Part shown: positions 1 through 12,278 of the stretch, piece by piece
How positions within the stretch are numbered: position 1 is the first letter of the stretch
How the letters are laid out: every line of letters starts with the position of its first letter
Assembly (NCBI GenBank): GCA_050014435.1
Contig: JBEKDI010000006.1
Coordinates: forward strand, 9,205 to 73,204
DNA: 64,000 bases
Source: Verrucomicrobiota bacterium
Lineage (GTDB): Bacteria > Verrucomicrobiota > Verrucomicrobiia > Limisphaerales > Palsa-1400
Reading direction: 5' to 3'
Notes under the pieces: generated by a model
What the model saw: the letters and a program-made list of their open reading frames with translations, nothing else
Told to the model about the DNA's origin: nothing
Databases searched by the model: none
Translations under genes and position numbers: made by a program

Positions 1-630
1 TGCGTCATCGCCGCTTGGGCGCGATACGTCTCCCTGTGTGCCAGCGGCAGAGTAATTCACCGAACTGTCATCAACCACAAACTGGCCATTTCCAAGTGGA
101 TAGACCTGCAAATCTGGCAGCCAGTCATATGGGAGAGGCGGTCTGTTCTGAGCGGAATAAAACGTGCCGGTTCGCGGTAGATCCTCGGGCGGGACTGGCG
201 GGTTCGTTTCCGCCTGAGCCAGCAAGGAGAGGGGGCTTGTGCCGTTGCCACCAGCGTTTGACGGCGAAGGCATGCCTTTGTCGTTCGCAGGGGGCGCAGT
301 TTCATCACCGGCGCGGCGACCTGTTCGTCCCGATGGACCCGGCGTGGAATAAATCACAGACCTATCATCGACCACAAACTGGCCATTTCCAAGTGAATAG
401 ACCTCCAAGTCAGGCATCCAGTCGTACGGGAGAGGCGGCCGATTCTGAGCGGAATAAAAGGTGGCGCGTTGCGGCACTTCATTGGACGGGACTAGCGTTA
501 GCTGAACCGTGGAGGCCGATCCCATGTTGGTTCCCGATTGATCCTGGGCTCGGCAAACATCGCTCCATCCGATCAGGAGCATTGTCAGGATGGCCGCGCT
601 CAAAGTCAATGGTGTCAGAGCAATTCTCAT
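1..630 (-). CDS. secreted repeat protein, hypothetical; C-terminus cut by left window edge
   Basis: Absent from the ORF track because it runs off the edge. A minus-strand ATG at 630-628 opens a frame that stays open to nt 1 (210 codons). It begins MRIALTPLTLSAAILTMLLIGWSDVCRAQDQ, which looks like a signal peptide. It contains two ~99-aa repeats (nt period 297), each with TFYSAQNRPPLPYDW(M/L)PDL.VY.LGNGQFVVDD. The listed + ORF 15..674 is its antisense shadow. Confidence 0.6.
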   Translation of the reverse strand, partial: MRIALTPLTLSAAILTMLLIGWSDVCRAQDQSGTNMGSASTVQLTLVPSNEVPQRATFYSAQNRPPLPYDWMPDLEVYSLGNGQFVVDDRSVIYSTPGPSGRTGRRAGDETAPPANDKGMPSPSNAGGNGTSPLSLLAQAETNPPVPPEDLPRTGTFYSAQNRPPLPYDWLPDLQVYPLGNGQFVVDDSSVNYSAAGTQGDVSRPSGDDA

Positions 631-1344
631 CTTGTGTGTCCTTTGAACCCGAGGCTGGTCTAAAAAGCCACTGAAGCAAGGCCATCCGTCGGCTTCATTA
701 ATCATTTTTATCTGCTTGGCGGTGAGGAGACTGGACGTTAATGTTTTTAATGTCAAGAAAATATCCAGAAAAACGCCTAATAATTGTTGGTGTCACTTAT
801 TCGTGACATTTTCTTAACCAAATTGTCTTTCGGCGGAACGAATAAACGCCTCATCCCGTCCGACCGGGTTTCCGGGGAATTGTTCTTTAGTGTGGAAGCG
901 TTGAAACGGCTGTCAGAAATCAACGGCGAGCCTTTTCGCCCCTGCCCTGCCCTTTCAATGCCTGCTTCCGGGCTTTGGAAATGATTTCGCCAACGTCGAT
1001 CTGGACCGCTTCTCCGATGCTCCGGCAACGGGTTTAGCAACCAGTTCAGTGTTAAGCGGCGGGAATTTCAGCCCGCGCTGCAACCATCACATGACGTGGG
1101 ATTTTCACCACACCCTCTTTTGGACCGACACCGGGGCCAGGAGGCATGACGGATACGGCTTCGGCGGTAATATCAGGGCCCACCGCCGCAAAATCACCGT
1201 CTGTCATTTCAAGAATCTGGGGGCAATGATGCCCGCCCTCACATTGCTGCCGACCGTTTTGTCCAAGTCTTCGCAAAAACATAAAATGCCTTTCTGTTTT
1301 GGAATTCCCCTTGCCGGGTCATCTGCTCTCAGCAGAACCGGGCT

Positions 1345-1704
1345 TTGCCATTGTCAATATTCCCTGATGCTACCTTTAGGGAGTGTTCCTGTCAAGCGAG
1401 AAGTTTCACTCTGAAGCAAGTGAGACAAGGCATTTCAGAACGATTTCGAAAGCGACTCCGAGAACTGAGGGTCCAGCGTGGATGGACGCAGGAAAAAGCC
1501 GCTGAGGTTTGCGGAATTGGGCACAAAGTTTTTCAGCTTTATGAGCTTGGAATCAAGTCCAATCCCGGCCTATTGACGTTGGAGAAGATCGCAAATGGAT
1601 TCGAGATTGAAGTCCATGATTTGATCCCGCCTTCGCTTCCCCAAAAGTCGCCCAACGAGTGGACGCTCGCCAAGCAGGCTCGAACCAAAAAGCGGCAGAG
1701 GTGA
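1345..1704 (+). CDS. XRE (Cro/C1) family helix-turn-helix transcriptional regulator
   Basis: RLRELRVQRGWTQEKAAEVCGIGHKVFQLYELG...LTLEKIANGF fits the XRE HTH pattern. The true start may be the in-frame GTG at 1420. Confidence 0.75.
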   Translation: MPLSIFPDATFRECSCQARSFTLKQVRQGISERFRKRLRELRVQRGWTQEKAAEVCGIGHKVFQLYELGIKSNPGLLTLEKIANGFEIEVHDLIPPSLPQKSPNEWTLAKQARTKKRQR

Positions 1705-1827
1705 TCGACATGTCCGTCGCCCCGATTGCGTTCGTGCTGGACGGTTTCTTTTGCCGTTTTCAGGCCCCCTAAATATATCATTCCTCTGCGCTTGCCAGGA
1801 ATGCCAGTGACGTTTTAGAACGCTTGC

Positions 1828-2304
1828 ATGGCAGGGTTTTTGTCGTGGATCAATGGCAACTTTAACGTCATCCAAACTATCGGCATCATTGGAAGCCTGT
1901 GGACGGGGATTTTAGTGAGCCACCGGGAGGCAAAGGCTAAAGAAGCTGATACCCTCTGCACCTTGGCAGAGCAGCACCGCGAATTGTGGAGCGAGGCGAT
2001 TCAGAAAGCGGACTTGCAGCGAGTTCTTCGACCGGACGCGGATGTGGGTGTGAAGCCAGCGACATTGGCAGAAGAAGAGTTTTTGAATCTGGTGATTGTG
2101 CATTGGCTGAAAAGCTGGCGAATCGCGAAGGCCGGTGGAATCATCACCGCCAAAGAGTTGGGAGTCGATGCCGGTAAATTCTTTTCGCTTCCACTCCCCC
2201 GCGCGATTTGGGAGAAAACCAAGAAGTCTCGGAACCCGGAATTTGTCCGGTTTGTCGAGCGGGCAGTTGAGCGCGGCGGGCAGTTGAGCGCGGCGGGCAG
2301 TTGA
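1828..2304 (+). CDS. hypothetical protein with N-terminal transmembrane helix
   Basis: 158-aa ORF directly downstream of the XRE gene. It has a hydrophobic N-terminus (IQTIGIIGSLWTGILV). The stop codon lies inside the 17-bp tandem repeat. I recognise no family. Confidence 0.5.
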   Translation: MAGFLSWINGNFNVIQTIGIIGSLWTGILVSHREAKAKEADTLCTLAEQHRELWSEAIQKADLQRVLRPDADVGVKPATLAEEEFLNLVIVHWLKSWRIAKAGGIITAKELGVDAGKFFSLPLPRAIWEKTKKSRNPEFVRFVERAVERGGQLSAAGS

Positions 2305-2370
2305 GCGCGGCGGGCAGTTGAGCGCGGCGGGCAGTTGAGCGCGGCGGGCAGTTGAGCGCGGCGGGCAGTT
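2261..2370. repeat. 17-bp perfect tandem repeat, 6 full copies plus an 8-nt partial copy
   Basis: The unit GGGCAGTTGAGCGCGGC repeats head-to-tail from 2261 to 2362, followed by GGGCAGTT. Each unit carries a TGA, so stops appear in all three frames. Confidence 0.95.
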
Positions 2371-2854
2371 TCCAGACTGAGGTGATTTTCGAGAGAAGCG
2401 GGGAGCTTTTTGGGGACTTGTCAAGCCTCAGTATCGACGCAGTGCAATCGAATTGCTGGGCGCGGGAAACGAGAACGCTGTTGATGGATGCTTTACGCAT
2501 TATGCGTATTATCGAGCGCAAAATGCGTAAATGCGCCAGAATAGATGTCGAGCATTTCGAGGATTCGCTCGAAATGCTCGGCAAAAGGATGATATCGTTT
2601 CGCACCCCAGTTTTGCCTTCCGTTTGAACTCTCCGGAATTTCCGGTTGGTTGACCATTTCGGTGATTTCAACGACATGGCTGGCCAACGACAACTTAAAA
2701 ACCACCATTGCCTTGAATAATTGACGTTGACGGAAATGGCCACTCGTCGTGCGGTCACGAACAGTGAATGGACCAAAATCCAGTGCCGCATTTGCTCTAA
2801 ACCGTCAAAAATTTAACTGACATTTTAACTGACATTATCAGACATGCCGTTATT

Positions 2855-3943
2855 ATGGATGGCATGTTCGCGCCAGTTTACAACATCACCCCGGCAATCG
2901 CCAAAGCGCTGATGTCAATCGAGGCTGATAGGCAGGCGGTGGCGGACCTGCCCATTGATGTCACGATGCTCGCCAAGCTCCGGGAGACGGCAAAGTTGGT
3001 TTCGACGCATTATTCCACCCAGATTGAGGGCAATCGGCTGACGCAACGGCAAGTGAATGAGGCGGTGGCCGGTGCGCGCTTCCCCGGTAAAGAGCGCGAT
3101 CAACTGGAGGTTCGTCACCATTATCGTGCGCTTGAAGAGGTTGAAAAACTAGCGGCGGAGCGGAAACCCCTGACGGAAAAGCAAATTCAACGCATCCACG
3201 GCCTGGTGATGACGGGCCGCCCAAGGCCAACGCCATACCGTGACGCCCAGAACGTGATTCGCGACAGCCGCACGCGGGGAATCGTTTACATGCCGCCTGA
3301 GGCCAAGGCGGTGCCCGGCCTGATGGCGGATTTGGTAAACTGGATCAACAAGCAGCTTTATGAGGGGGATTTGCCGGTGCCGATCATCGCGGCCCTGGCG
3401 CATTATCAGTTCGCCACAATCCACCCGTATTATGACGGCAATGGGCGCACGGCAAGACTTCTGGCGAATTTCATTCTGCACAAGGCCGGTTACGGACTGA
3501 AAGGCATCTACTCGCTGGATGAATACTACGCCCGCAACTTGGAAGGGTATTATGGCGGACTGAACGTCGGACCTTCACACAATTACCACCTCGGGCGGGC
3601 GGAAGCGGACGTGACGGGCTTTCTGGTTTACTTCTGTGTCGGAATGGCGGATGCGTTTGGCGCGGTCAAAGTCCAGGCGGCAGAAGCCGCAAAGCGGGGT
3701 GGAGAGGATCAAAGCGCCGCCTTGAGAAAACTCGATCCCCGGCAAAGACGACTTTTGGAATTATTCAAAAAGCAGGAAGTAGCAACCGCAGAGGAGATTG
3801 CCGCTCATTTGCGGCTCAGTCACCGCACGATTGTGGGCCTGTGCCGAGGCTGGCTGAAATCGGGGTTTCTTGAACTGCATGATCCCTCCCGGAAGCGCCG
3901 CTCGTATCAGTTGGGGCGGGCGTTCAAGTCGTTCGTGGCGTGA
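2855..3943 (+). CDS. Fic family protein (class II, N-terminal inhibitory motif) with C-terminal winged-helix-like domain
   Basis: Fic active-site motif HPYYDGNGRTAR (HxFx[D/E]GNGRxxR). An upstream STQIEG matches the [S/T]xxxE[G/N] auto-inhibitory helix. The C-terminal LLELFKKQEVATAEEIAAHLRLSHRTI looks like an HTH. Confidence 0.9.
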   Translation: MDGMFAPVYNITPAIAKALMSIEADRQAVADLPIDVTMLAKLRETAKLVSTHYSTQIEGNRLTQRQVNEAVAGARFPGKERDQLEVRHHYRALEEVEKLAAERKPLTEKQIQRIHGLVMTGRPRPTPYRDAQNVIRDSRTRGIVYMPPEAKAVPGLMADLVNWINKQLYEGDLPVPIIAALAHYQFATIHPYYDGNGRTARLLANFILHKAGYGLKGIYSLDEYYARNLEGYYGGLNVGPSHNYHLGRAEADVTGFLVYFCVGMADAFGAVKVQAAEAAKRGGEDQSAALRKLDPRQRRLLELFKKQEVATAEEIAAHLRLSHRTIVGLCRGWLKSGFLELHDPSRKRRSYQLGRAFKSFVA

Positions 3944-4194
3944 CCCCCGGAAGGGCGTTGCTGCCTGGGCCACGAATTTTTAGCGGGTAGTATCAAAAAT
4001 GCCCCCTCAAGATAGAGCAACTACATGAGAGGCAGTTTGGAAAATGTGATACTGTCATTTGATACTACTTGCTCTTTTTTGGGTCTTTTTGGGGCCAAAC
4101 TGGTCCAAAATAAGAGTCCGCTTTTTCGACAGAAATGATTGAGGGTCAATGGGATGCCATCGAAGTCCACGCGGGTCAAAATTGCCTCTGTCAA

Positions 4195-4233
<39 letters not shown>

Positions 4234-4324
4234 GAACTGCACTATAATTTGTCCGCATCCGCCCCCGCGGCAAGTTGTTTTGACGGAACACCACCGTTGC
4301 CAGACCGTTGAGCCGCGGTTCGAA

Positions 4325-4996
4325 TCACCCTTTGTTGTCTTCTCTTTGCTTCAGCTTCCATTCTTCGTAAGTCGTTCGCGGGATGTGGAAAAAGGAATCC
4401 CGGGTCTTGACGTAGGCGCCCAGGCCGTTCATCCGGCCAATGGCGTGCATTTCTTCGGCACGGATATACGGTCCAGCCGGATCGAGGAATTCGTCCTTGA
4501 CGTGCATCGCCACCACCTGGCCCAGAATGACCCGGGCACGGCCAATTTCCATCGTCGTGATCTCGCGGCATTCCAAGCTGGCGGGAGCTTCCAGGATGCG
4601 CGGCACCGAAACGATGGAGGATGGGGCGGTCCTCACTTTGGCCAACTCCAATTCGTTCACGCCGGGCGGGAAGTCGATGGCGCAAAAAACCATCGCGTCG
4701 GCCATTGCCTCGTTGACCACGTTGATGACGAATTCCCGCTTGATGTGGATGTTTTGGGCCGTGTCCTTGCCGATGACTCCCGGCCCCGGCCGATTGGCGA
4801 CGCCGATGGCGACGATGGGCGGGTCAATGCCGACATAGTTGTAGGCACTGAAGGGCGCGGCGTTGAGCCGGCCCTGCAAATCCACGCTGGTGATCCACGC
4901 GATGGGGCGGGGCGCAACCAGGCCGATCAATAGATTGTAGGTTTGATGATTGGTGATTTTGGATAGGTCAAAGTCCATAAGCTTCCTGAGCCGCAT
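4325..4996 (-). CDS. flavin reductase family protein (FMN-binding split-barrel)
   Basis: LLIGLVAPRPIAWITSVD..G..NAAPFSAYN......PP.V..GV is the typical flavin-reductase-like domain signature. An alternative ATG lies at 4978. Confidence 0.85.
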   Translation of the reverse strand: MRLRKLMDFDLSKITNHQTYNLLIGLVAPRPIAWITSVDLQGRLNAAPFSAYNYVGIDPPIVAIGVANRPGPGVIGKDTAQNIHIKREFVINVVNEAMADAMVFCAIDFPPGVNELELAKVRTAPSSIVSVPRILEAPASLECREITTMEIGRARVILGQVVAMHVKDEFLDPAGPYIRAEEMHAIGRMNGLGAYVKTRDSFFHIPRTTYEEWKLKQREDNKG

Positions 4997-5086
4997 GGGA
5001 TGCTAGGGCAGGGGACGGGTTTGCGCAATGGGTGGGCGGCCTTTTTGTGAAAAAATGCGAAAAAATGCGAAAAAAACCGCAATCAG

Positions 5087-8000
5087 TTGTTGCAACTCGG
5101 AGGGATTTTCGTACAAAATAGCAAAATTTTAGAATGGATTGATGTGACGAGCGAAATAAGAACAGCAGAGACAAAACAGACACCGCGAATCGGATTGCCA
5201 CCGAAGCAGGGGCTTTATGATCCGCAGTTTGAGCATGATTCGTGCGGGGTGGGTTTTGTGGTCAATATAAAGGGCAAAAAATCGCATAAAATCATCCGGG
5301 ACGCCCTGACGGTGCTGATCAACCTGAACCATCGCGGGGCCTGCGGGTGCGAAGCGAACACGGGGGACGGCGCGGGCATCGTGATGCAGATTCCGCACGG
5401 GTTTTTCAAGGAGGTTTCGCGCAAGGACAAGATCAAACTGCCGCCGTTGGGGGATTACGGCGTGGCCATGGTCTTCCTGCCACGCGATGCCAACGAACGG
5501 CGGACGTGCGAAACGATGTTCGAGAACATCGTGGTGGAGGAGGGGCAGAAGTTTTTGGGCTGGCGGAGGGTGCCGACGAACAACGCCTCGCTCGGGGCCA
5601 CGGCGCTGGCGGGCGAGCCGTGCGTGCAGCAGGCTTTCATCCGGCGCAATCCGAAGCTGGAGGACAACATGGCTTTCGAGCGGAAGCTTTATGTCATCCG
5701 GAAGCGATCCGAGCGGGCCATCCGATACGGGGGGATCAAGGGGGGGCATTGGTTTTACATCTCCAGCCTTTCTTGCCGCACACTGGTGTATAAGGGAATG
5801 CTCCTGACCGAGCAGATGGACCAGTTTTACCCTGATCTGACAAACCCTGCCATGGAAAGCGCGCTGGCCCTGGTCCATTCCCGTTTTTCCACGAACACAT
5901 TTCCGAGTTGGGACCGCGCCCATCCCTATCGCTACATCTCGCACAACGGGGAAATCAACACCCTTCGCGGCAACGTCAACTGGATGCACGCCCGTCAGGC
6001 CATGTTTGAGAGCGAATTGTTTGGCGACGACTTGAAGAAGCTGCTCCCCATCATCAACCCGGACGGCAGCGACTCGGCCATGTTCGACAATTGCCTGGAG
6101 TTGCTCGTGCTGTCCGGCCGTTCCCTGCCGCACGCCGTCATGATGATGATTCCGGAACCGTGGGCCAACCACACCACGATGAGCGACGAGAAGAAGGCTT
6201 TCTACGAATATCACAGTTGCCTTATGGAACCGTGGGACGGACCGGCATCCATTGCGTTTACCGACGGCAAACAGATCGGCGCGGTGCTGGACCGCAACGG
6301 GCTGCGTCCCTCGCGCTATTACGTGACCAAGGATGATCTGGTCATCATGGCCTCGGAAGTGGGCGTTCTGGATATTCCGCCGGACCGGGTGCTGCAAAAG
6401 GGCCGGCTCCAGCCGGGGCGGATGTTTCTAGTTGACACCGAGGAAGGCCGGATCGTGGCGGACGAAGAATTGAAGCTCAAGATCGCCACCGAGCAGCCCT
6501 ATCGCAACTGGTTGAAACGGCACATGCTGGAGTTGGACGCGGTGGAGGCGGAGGTGCCGAAGGAAGCCGAAGAACCCCGTCTTCCCGTGCTGCAACGGCA
6601 GCAGGCCTTTGGCTACACCTTTGAGGATTTGCGGATCATTATGACGCCTATGGCGCGGGATGGGGTCGAGGCGGTGGGCTCGATGGGTTGCGACACGCCG
6701 CCGGCGGTTTTGTCCAACAAGCCGCAAATGCTCTACAACTATTTCCAGCAACTTTTCGCGCAGGTGACCAATCCTCCGATTGACTGCATCCGCGAGGAGC
6801 TGATCACGTCGTCGGAAACGACCCTCGGTTCCGAGCGCAATTTGCTCAAGCCAAAACCGGCCAGTTGCAATCTGATCAAGTTGCAGTCGCCCATCCTGAC
6901 CAACGAGGAATTTGCCCGGCTCAAACACGTCAGCGAGGCGGGCTTTAGATCCGTCACGCTGCCCATTTTATTCAAGGCCGGCAGCGGCGAGGTTGGATTG
7001 GCGGGGGCGATGGATGAGATATGCGCGCGGGCTACACGGGAGGTTGAGGCGGGGGCCAATATTTTGATTTTGTCCGATCGCGGCGTGAACCAGGAGATGG
7101 CGCCCATTCCCGCCCTGCTGGCCGTGGCGGGGTTGCATCATCATTTGATCCGGGAAGGCTCGCGCACGCGGGTCGGTTTGGTATTGGAGTCCGGCGAGCC
7201 GCGCGAAGTGCATCATTTCTCGCTGCTGATCGGTTATGGCGCGGGGGCGATCAATCCGTATCTCGCCTTTGAAACGGTGGAAGACATGATTCGCCAGGGG
7301 TTGCTGGTCAACATCACGCCGCACGATGCCTGCCACAATTACATCAAATCCGCCGTCAAGGGAGTGGTCAAGGTGATGTCCAAGATGGGAATCTCGACGA
7401 TTCAAAGTTACCGCGGCGCGCAGATATTTGAAGCGGTCGGATTGCATCCATCCGTGGTGGAAAAATATCTGACCGGCACCGCTTCGCGCGTCAGCGGCAT
7501 CGGCCTGGATGTCATCGCGCGCGAGGTGCAACTGCGTCATGAGCACGCCTTCCCCAAACGGCAGGTCAACGGGCACGTTTTGGATCCCGGCGGGTATTAC
7601 CAGTGGCGCGCGGATGGCGAGGAGCATTTGTTTAATCCGCAGACCATCCACAAACTGCAGCAAGCCTGCCGCAACACCGATTACAAGGCGTTCAAGGAAT
7701 ACGCGCGTTTGGTCAACGAGCAATCCAAGAAGATTTGCACGCTGCGCGGCCTGCTCGAATTGAAACCCGCCTCCCAGCCCATCTCCATTGACGATGTCGA
7801 GCCGGTGGAAGCGATTGTAAAGCGGTTCAAGAGCGGCGCGATGTCCTACGGCTCCATCAGCCAGGAGGCGCATGAGGCGCTGGCCGTCGCCATGAACCGC
7901 ATCGGGGGCAAAAGCAACACGGGCGAAGGAGGGGAGGACCCGGCCCGGTTCATCCCCGAGGCCAACGGCGATTCCAAAAACAGCGCGATCAAGCAGGTGG

Positions 8001-9781
8001 CTTCCGGGCGTTTCGGCGTCACCAGCCTCTACCTGGTCAACGCGCGGGAATTGCAGATAAAAATGGCCCAAGGCGCCAAGCCGGGTGAAGGCGGCCAGTT
8101 GCCGGGCGGGAAAGTTTATCCGTGGGTCGCCAAAGTCCGTTTTTCGACGCCGGGCGTAGGCCTGATCTCACCGCCGCCGCATCACGATATTTATTCCATC
8201 GAGGACCTGGCGGAATTGATTCACGATTTGAAGAACGCCAATACCAAGGCCCGCATCAGCGTCAAGCTGGTGGCCGAAGTGGGCGTTGGCACCATCGCGG
8301 CGGGCGTGGCCAAGGCCCATGCCGACGTGGTGCTGATCAGCGGACACGACGGCGGGACGGGGGCTTCGCCGCAGACGGGCATCAAGCACGCCGGCATTCC
8401 GTGGGAACTGGGCCTGGCCGAAACGCACCAGACGCTCGTCCTGAATAATTTGCGCAGCCGCATCGCGGTTGAAACCGACGGCCAGTTGAAAACGGGCCGG
8501 GACGTGATCATTGCGGCGCTGCTGGGGGCGGAGGAATTCGGCTTTGCCACCGCGCCACTTGTCGCTCTGGGCTGCATCATGATGCGCGTTTGCCATCTCA
8601 ACACCTGCCCGGTGGGTGTGGCGACGCAGAATCCTGAATTGCGGAAAAGATTCACAGGCGATCCGGCCCATGCGGTCAACTTCATGCGTTTCGTGGCGCA
8701 GGAAGCGCGCGAGATCATGGCCCAATTGGGCGTCCGCACCTTCAATGAATTGGTGGGCCGCACCGATCTGCTTGAACCGCGCGAAGCCATTGACCATTGG
8801 AAAGCGCGCGGGCTGGATTTCACCAATATCCTCTACCAACCCAAGGTGGCCGATGATGTTGGACGTTATTGCCAGATTCCACAGGACCACGGCCTGGATA
8901 AAGCGCTGGACAACACGCTTTTGCTAAAACTGTGCGCCCCGGCCCTGGAACGAAAAGAAAAGGTCTCCGCCAGCATCGAAATCAAGAACGTGAATCGAGT
9001 CGTGGGCACCATTGTGGGGAGCGAACTTTCCCGGCGTTACGGCGCGGAGGGTCTGCCCGAGGATACCATCAAGATCCACTTCCGCGGCTCAGCCGGACAA
9101 AGCTTCGGCGCTTTCATGCCGCGCGGCATGACTTGGATTCTGGAAGGCGACGCCAACGATTACTTGGGCAAAGGCCTTTCCGGCGGCAAAATCATTTTGT
9201 ATCCGCCCGAAGGCTCGACCTTCGTCCCGGAGGAAAACATCATTGCGGGCAACGTCGCCTTCTATGGCGCCACCGCCGGTGAAGCTTACATTCGCGGGAT
9301 GGCGGGCGAACGGTTTTGTGTCCGCAACAGCGGCGTCGCGGCGGTGGTCGAAGCGGTGGGGGACCATGGTTGCGAGTACATGACGGGCGGGCGGGTGGTG
9401 ATTCTGGGCCAGACGGGGCGCAATTTTGCCGCGGGCATGTCCGGCGGCGTGGCCTACGTGCTGGACGAGACAGGCGATTTTGACGTGCGTTGCAACCAGA
9501 AGATGGTCAAGCTGGAACGGTTGGAAGATCCGGCCGAGATTGAGGAAATCCGCCAGATGATTCACCGGCATGGGGAATACACGCGCAGCCAGCGCGCCTT
9601 CAAAATCCTGGCGCTTTGGGAGCAAATGACGCCCAAATTCGTCAAAGTGATGCCAACAGATTACAAGCGGATGCTGCAATCCATCAAGCGCGTGGAACAG
9701 GCGGGCCTGAGCGGCGAACAAGCCATCATGGCGGCCTTCGAAGACAATGCCAAAGACGTTGCGCGCGTGGGAGGCGGTTAA
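5087..9781 (+). CDS. gltB: glutamate synthase large subunit
   Basis: Has the Ntn-amidotransferase start (HDSCGVGFV), an FMN/Fe-S central domain and a C-terminal GXGXG domain. Total length ~1550 aa. The listed start is TTG; the in-frame GTG at 5144 is a plausible true start. Confidence 0.97.
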   Translation: MLQLGGIFVQNSKILEWIDVTSEIRTAETKQTPRIGLPPKQGLYDPQFEHDSCGVGFVVNIKGKKSHKIIRDALTVLINLNHRGACGCEANTGDGAGIVMQIPHGFFKEVSRKDKIKLPPLGDYGVAMVFLPRDANERRTCETMFENIVVEEGQKFLGWRRVPTNNASLGATALAGEPCVQQAFIRRNPKLEDNMAFERKLYVIRKRSERAIRYGGIKGGHWFYISSLSCRTLVYKGMLLTEQMDQFYPDLTNPAMESALALVHSRFSTNTFPSWDRAHPYRYISHNGEINTLRGNVNWMHARQAMFESELFGDDLKKLLPIINPDGSDSAMFDNCLELLVLSGRSLPHAVMMMIPEPWANHTTMSDEKKAFYEYHSCLMEPWDGPASIAFTDGKQIGAVLDRNGLRPSRYYVTKDDLVIMASEVGVLDIPPDRVLQKGRLQPGRMFLVDTEEGRIVADEELKLKIATEQPYRNWLKRHMLELDAVEAEVPKEAEEPRLPVLQRQQAFGYTFEDLRIIMTPMARDGVEAVGSMGCDTPPAVLSNKPQMLYNYFQQLFAQVTNPPIDCIREELITSSETTLGSERNLLKPKPASCNLIKLQSPILTNEEFARLKHVSEAGFRSVTLPILFKAGSGEVGLAGAMDEICARATREVEAGANILILSDRGVNQEMAPIPALLAVAGLHHHLIREGSRTRVGLVLESGEPREVHHFSLLIGYGAGAINPYLAFETVEDMIRQGLLVNITPHDACHNYIKSAVKGVVKVMSKMGISTIQSYRGAQIFEAVGLHPSVVEKYLTGTASRVSGIGLDVIAREVQLRHEHAFPKRQVNGHVLDPGGYYQWRADGEEHLFNPQTIHKLQQACRNTDYKAFKEYARLVNEQSKKICTLRGLLELKPASQPISIDDVEPVEAIVKRFKSGAMSYGSISQEAHEALAVAMNRIGGKSNTGEGGEDPARFIPEANGDSKNSAIKQVASGRFGVTSLYLVNARELQIKMAQGAKPGEGGQLPGGKVYPWVAKVRFSTPGVGLISPPPHHDIYSIEDLAELIHDLKNANTKARISVKLVAEVGVGTIAAGVAKAHADVVLISGHDGGTGASPQTGIKHAGIPWELGLAETHQTLVLNNLRSRIAVETDGQLKTGRDVIIAALLGAEEFGFATAPLVALGCIMMRVCHLNTCPVGVATQNPELRKRFTGDPAHAVNFMRFVAQEAREIMAQLGVRTFNELVGRTDLLEPREAIDHWKARGLDFTNILYQPKVADDVGRYCQIPQDHGLDKALDNTLLLKLCAPALERKEKVSASIEIKNVNRVVGTIVGSELSRRYGAEGLPEDTIKIHFRGSAGQSFGAFMPRGMTWILEGDANDYLGKGLSGGKIILYPPEGSTFVPEENIIAGNVAFYGATAGEAYIRGMAGERFCVRNSGVAAVVEAVGDHGCEYMTGGRVVILGQTGRNFAAGMSGGVAYVLDETGDFDVRCNQKMVKLERLEDPAEIEEIRQMIHRHGEYTRSQRAFKILALWEQMTPKFVKVMPTDYKRMLQSIKRVEQAGLSGEQAIMAAFEDNAKDVARVGGG

Positions 9782-9807
9782 TTCAGCACAAGAAGAAAAC
9801 TGATACA

Positions 9808-11289
<1,482 letters not shown>

Positions 11290-11545
11290 CCGGCCTACCG
11301 CCCGGACGCGGCAGCGCCAGATCGGAGAAACCAATTTTCTAGGACCCTATCACTAGGACTGAGCCTTTCACTTTCACGCCTGCGGGATAGCGCATGGTGG
11401 CTCTCTCTGCGGGCAGGGAGTGTTGTGCTCTTGCTCACCCGAGTATTAGTGGTGAAAGGAATTGCCGGGTGAAAGGAATTGCATCGTAGATTTGCATTAT
11501 GCAGTATCCGAACGGATTGCCTCGATGAATAATCGTTAGGCTCCA

Positions 11546-11866
11546 TTGCACGTTTTTATGAAGATTCGCACTGTCACTATTCTGACTATCGTTATCGTGG
11601 CCGCGATGATTGTCGAATGGAAGTTTGTGGCGTTTACGACTGAGGCTCGCACCATACACGGCTACCACGGCATTTGCAACGATGGAGTTGGGCAGCCATA
11701 CGCTGACTTTATCCGGCAGCTTCGCACGATGGCCGAGAGTGGCGACACAAACAGACTTGTGGCAGTTTTACGTCGCGCAGATGAGCACAGTCGCGACATC
11801 TATGATGTTTGGCTTGCTGACGAGCGAGACGCTTATCGAGAGAGTCTTCATGAGATACTCAAATAG
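11546..11866 (+). CDS. hypothetical small membrane-anchored protein
   Basis: ORF with a hydrophobic N-terminus (KIRTVTILTIVIVAAMIV) in an AT-richer intergenic stretch. No family recognised. Confidence 0.4.
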   Translation: MHVFMKIRTVTILTIVIVAAMIVEWKFVAFTTEARTIHGYHGICNDGVGQPYADFIRQLRTMAESGDTNRLVAVLRRADEHSRDIYDVWLADERDAYRESLHEILK

Positions 11867-12148
11867 GTGGCCTCCTGCTTGACCCCGCTCGCAACCAATG
11901 CTCTGAGTCGGAATTGAAAATTTGTCATTGAGAATTTCTCATTTGCCATTCGGAAAGACGTGCCCTTGCCCTGACCTCGCGGGAAAGGGAAATGGGAATC
12001 GCAAAAAGGGAGCCTCCTGTCCCCGACCCTCCACAAGTGGGCGGAGGAGAGGGGAATGGACAAAATGGCAGCAGTGTACAAATGCACCCAATTCATTGGC
12101 GACATGCTAAAAAGTTCACTGAATGGGTATGCGCCGAAAGCGCGAGTT

Positions 12149-12188
12149 CCGTCGGCGAGACGCCGACGGGTGCGACCGAGACGGTCGC
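12149..12188. repeat. two adjacent REP-like hairpins with AGA loops
   Basis: CCGTCGGCG-AGA-CGCCGACGG (12149-12169) and GCGACCG-AGA-CGGTCGC (12172-12188) are both perfect stems. They sit in the non-coding leader before hicB. Confidence 0.7.
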
Positions 12189-12278
12189 GCTCCCAAGAAT
12201 TCGCCAATGATTCGGGCGAATGCACGCTTGTTCCAGTCTTTGCTTGAAAACAGCGAGCAAAAGGAGGACATTCCTTCT

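Noticed and set aside
15-674. 219-aa + strand ORF at the left edge
   Set aside because: It is antisense to a better minus-strand gene with a signal peptide and in-frame 99-aa repeats. Its own peptide is Arg/Pro/Cys-rich and repeat-mirrored.
2261-2370. The repeat array as a CRISPR
   Set aside because: The units are contiguous with no spacers, only 17 bp long, and not palindromic in the CRISPR manner. No cas genes are present in the window.
2144-2791. 215-aa minus-strand ORF spanning the 17-bp repeat
   Set aside because: Its central part is just the translated repeat (PAALNCPPRSTARRAQL reiterated). It has no start context or family features.
2736-2816. 27-codon ORF MATRRAVTNSEWTKIQCRICSKPSKI resembling the N-terminus of IS5/DUF4096-type transposases
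   Set aside because: It is too short, the resemblance is only a loose (S/D)xEW..I pattern, and no inverted repeats or transposase body follow.
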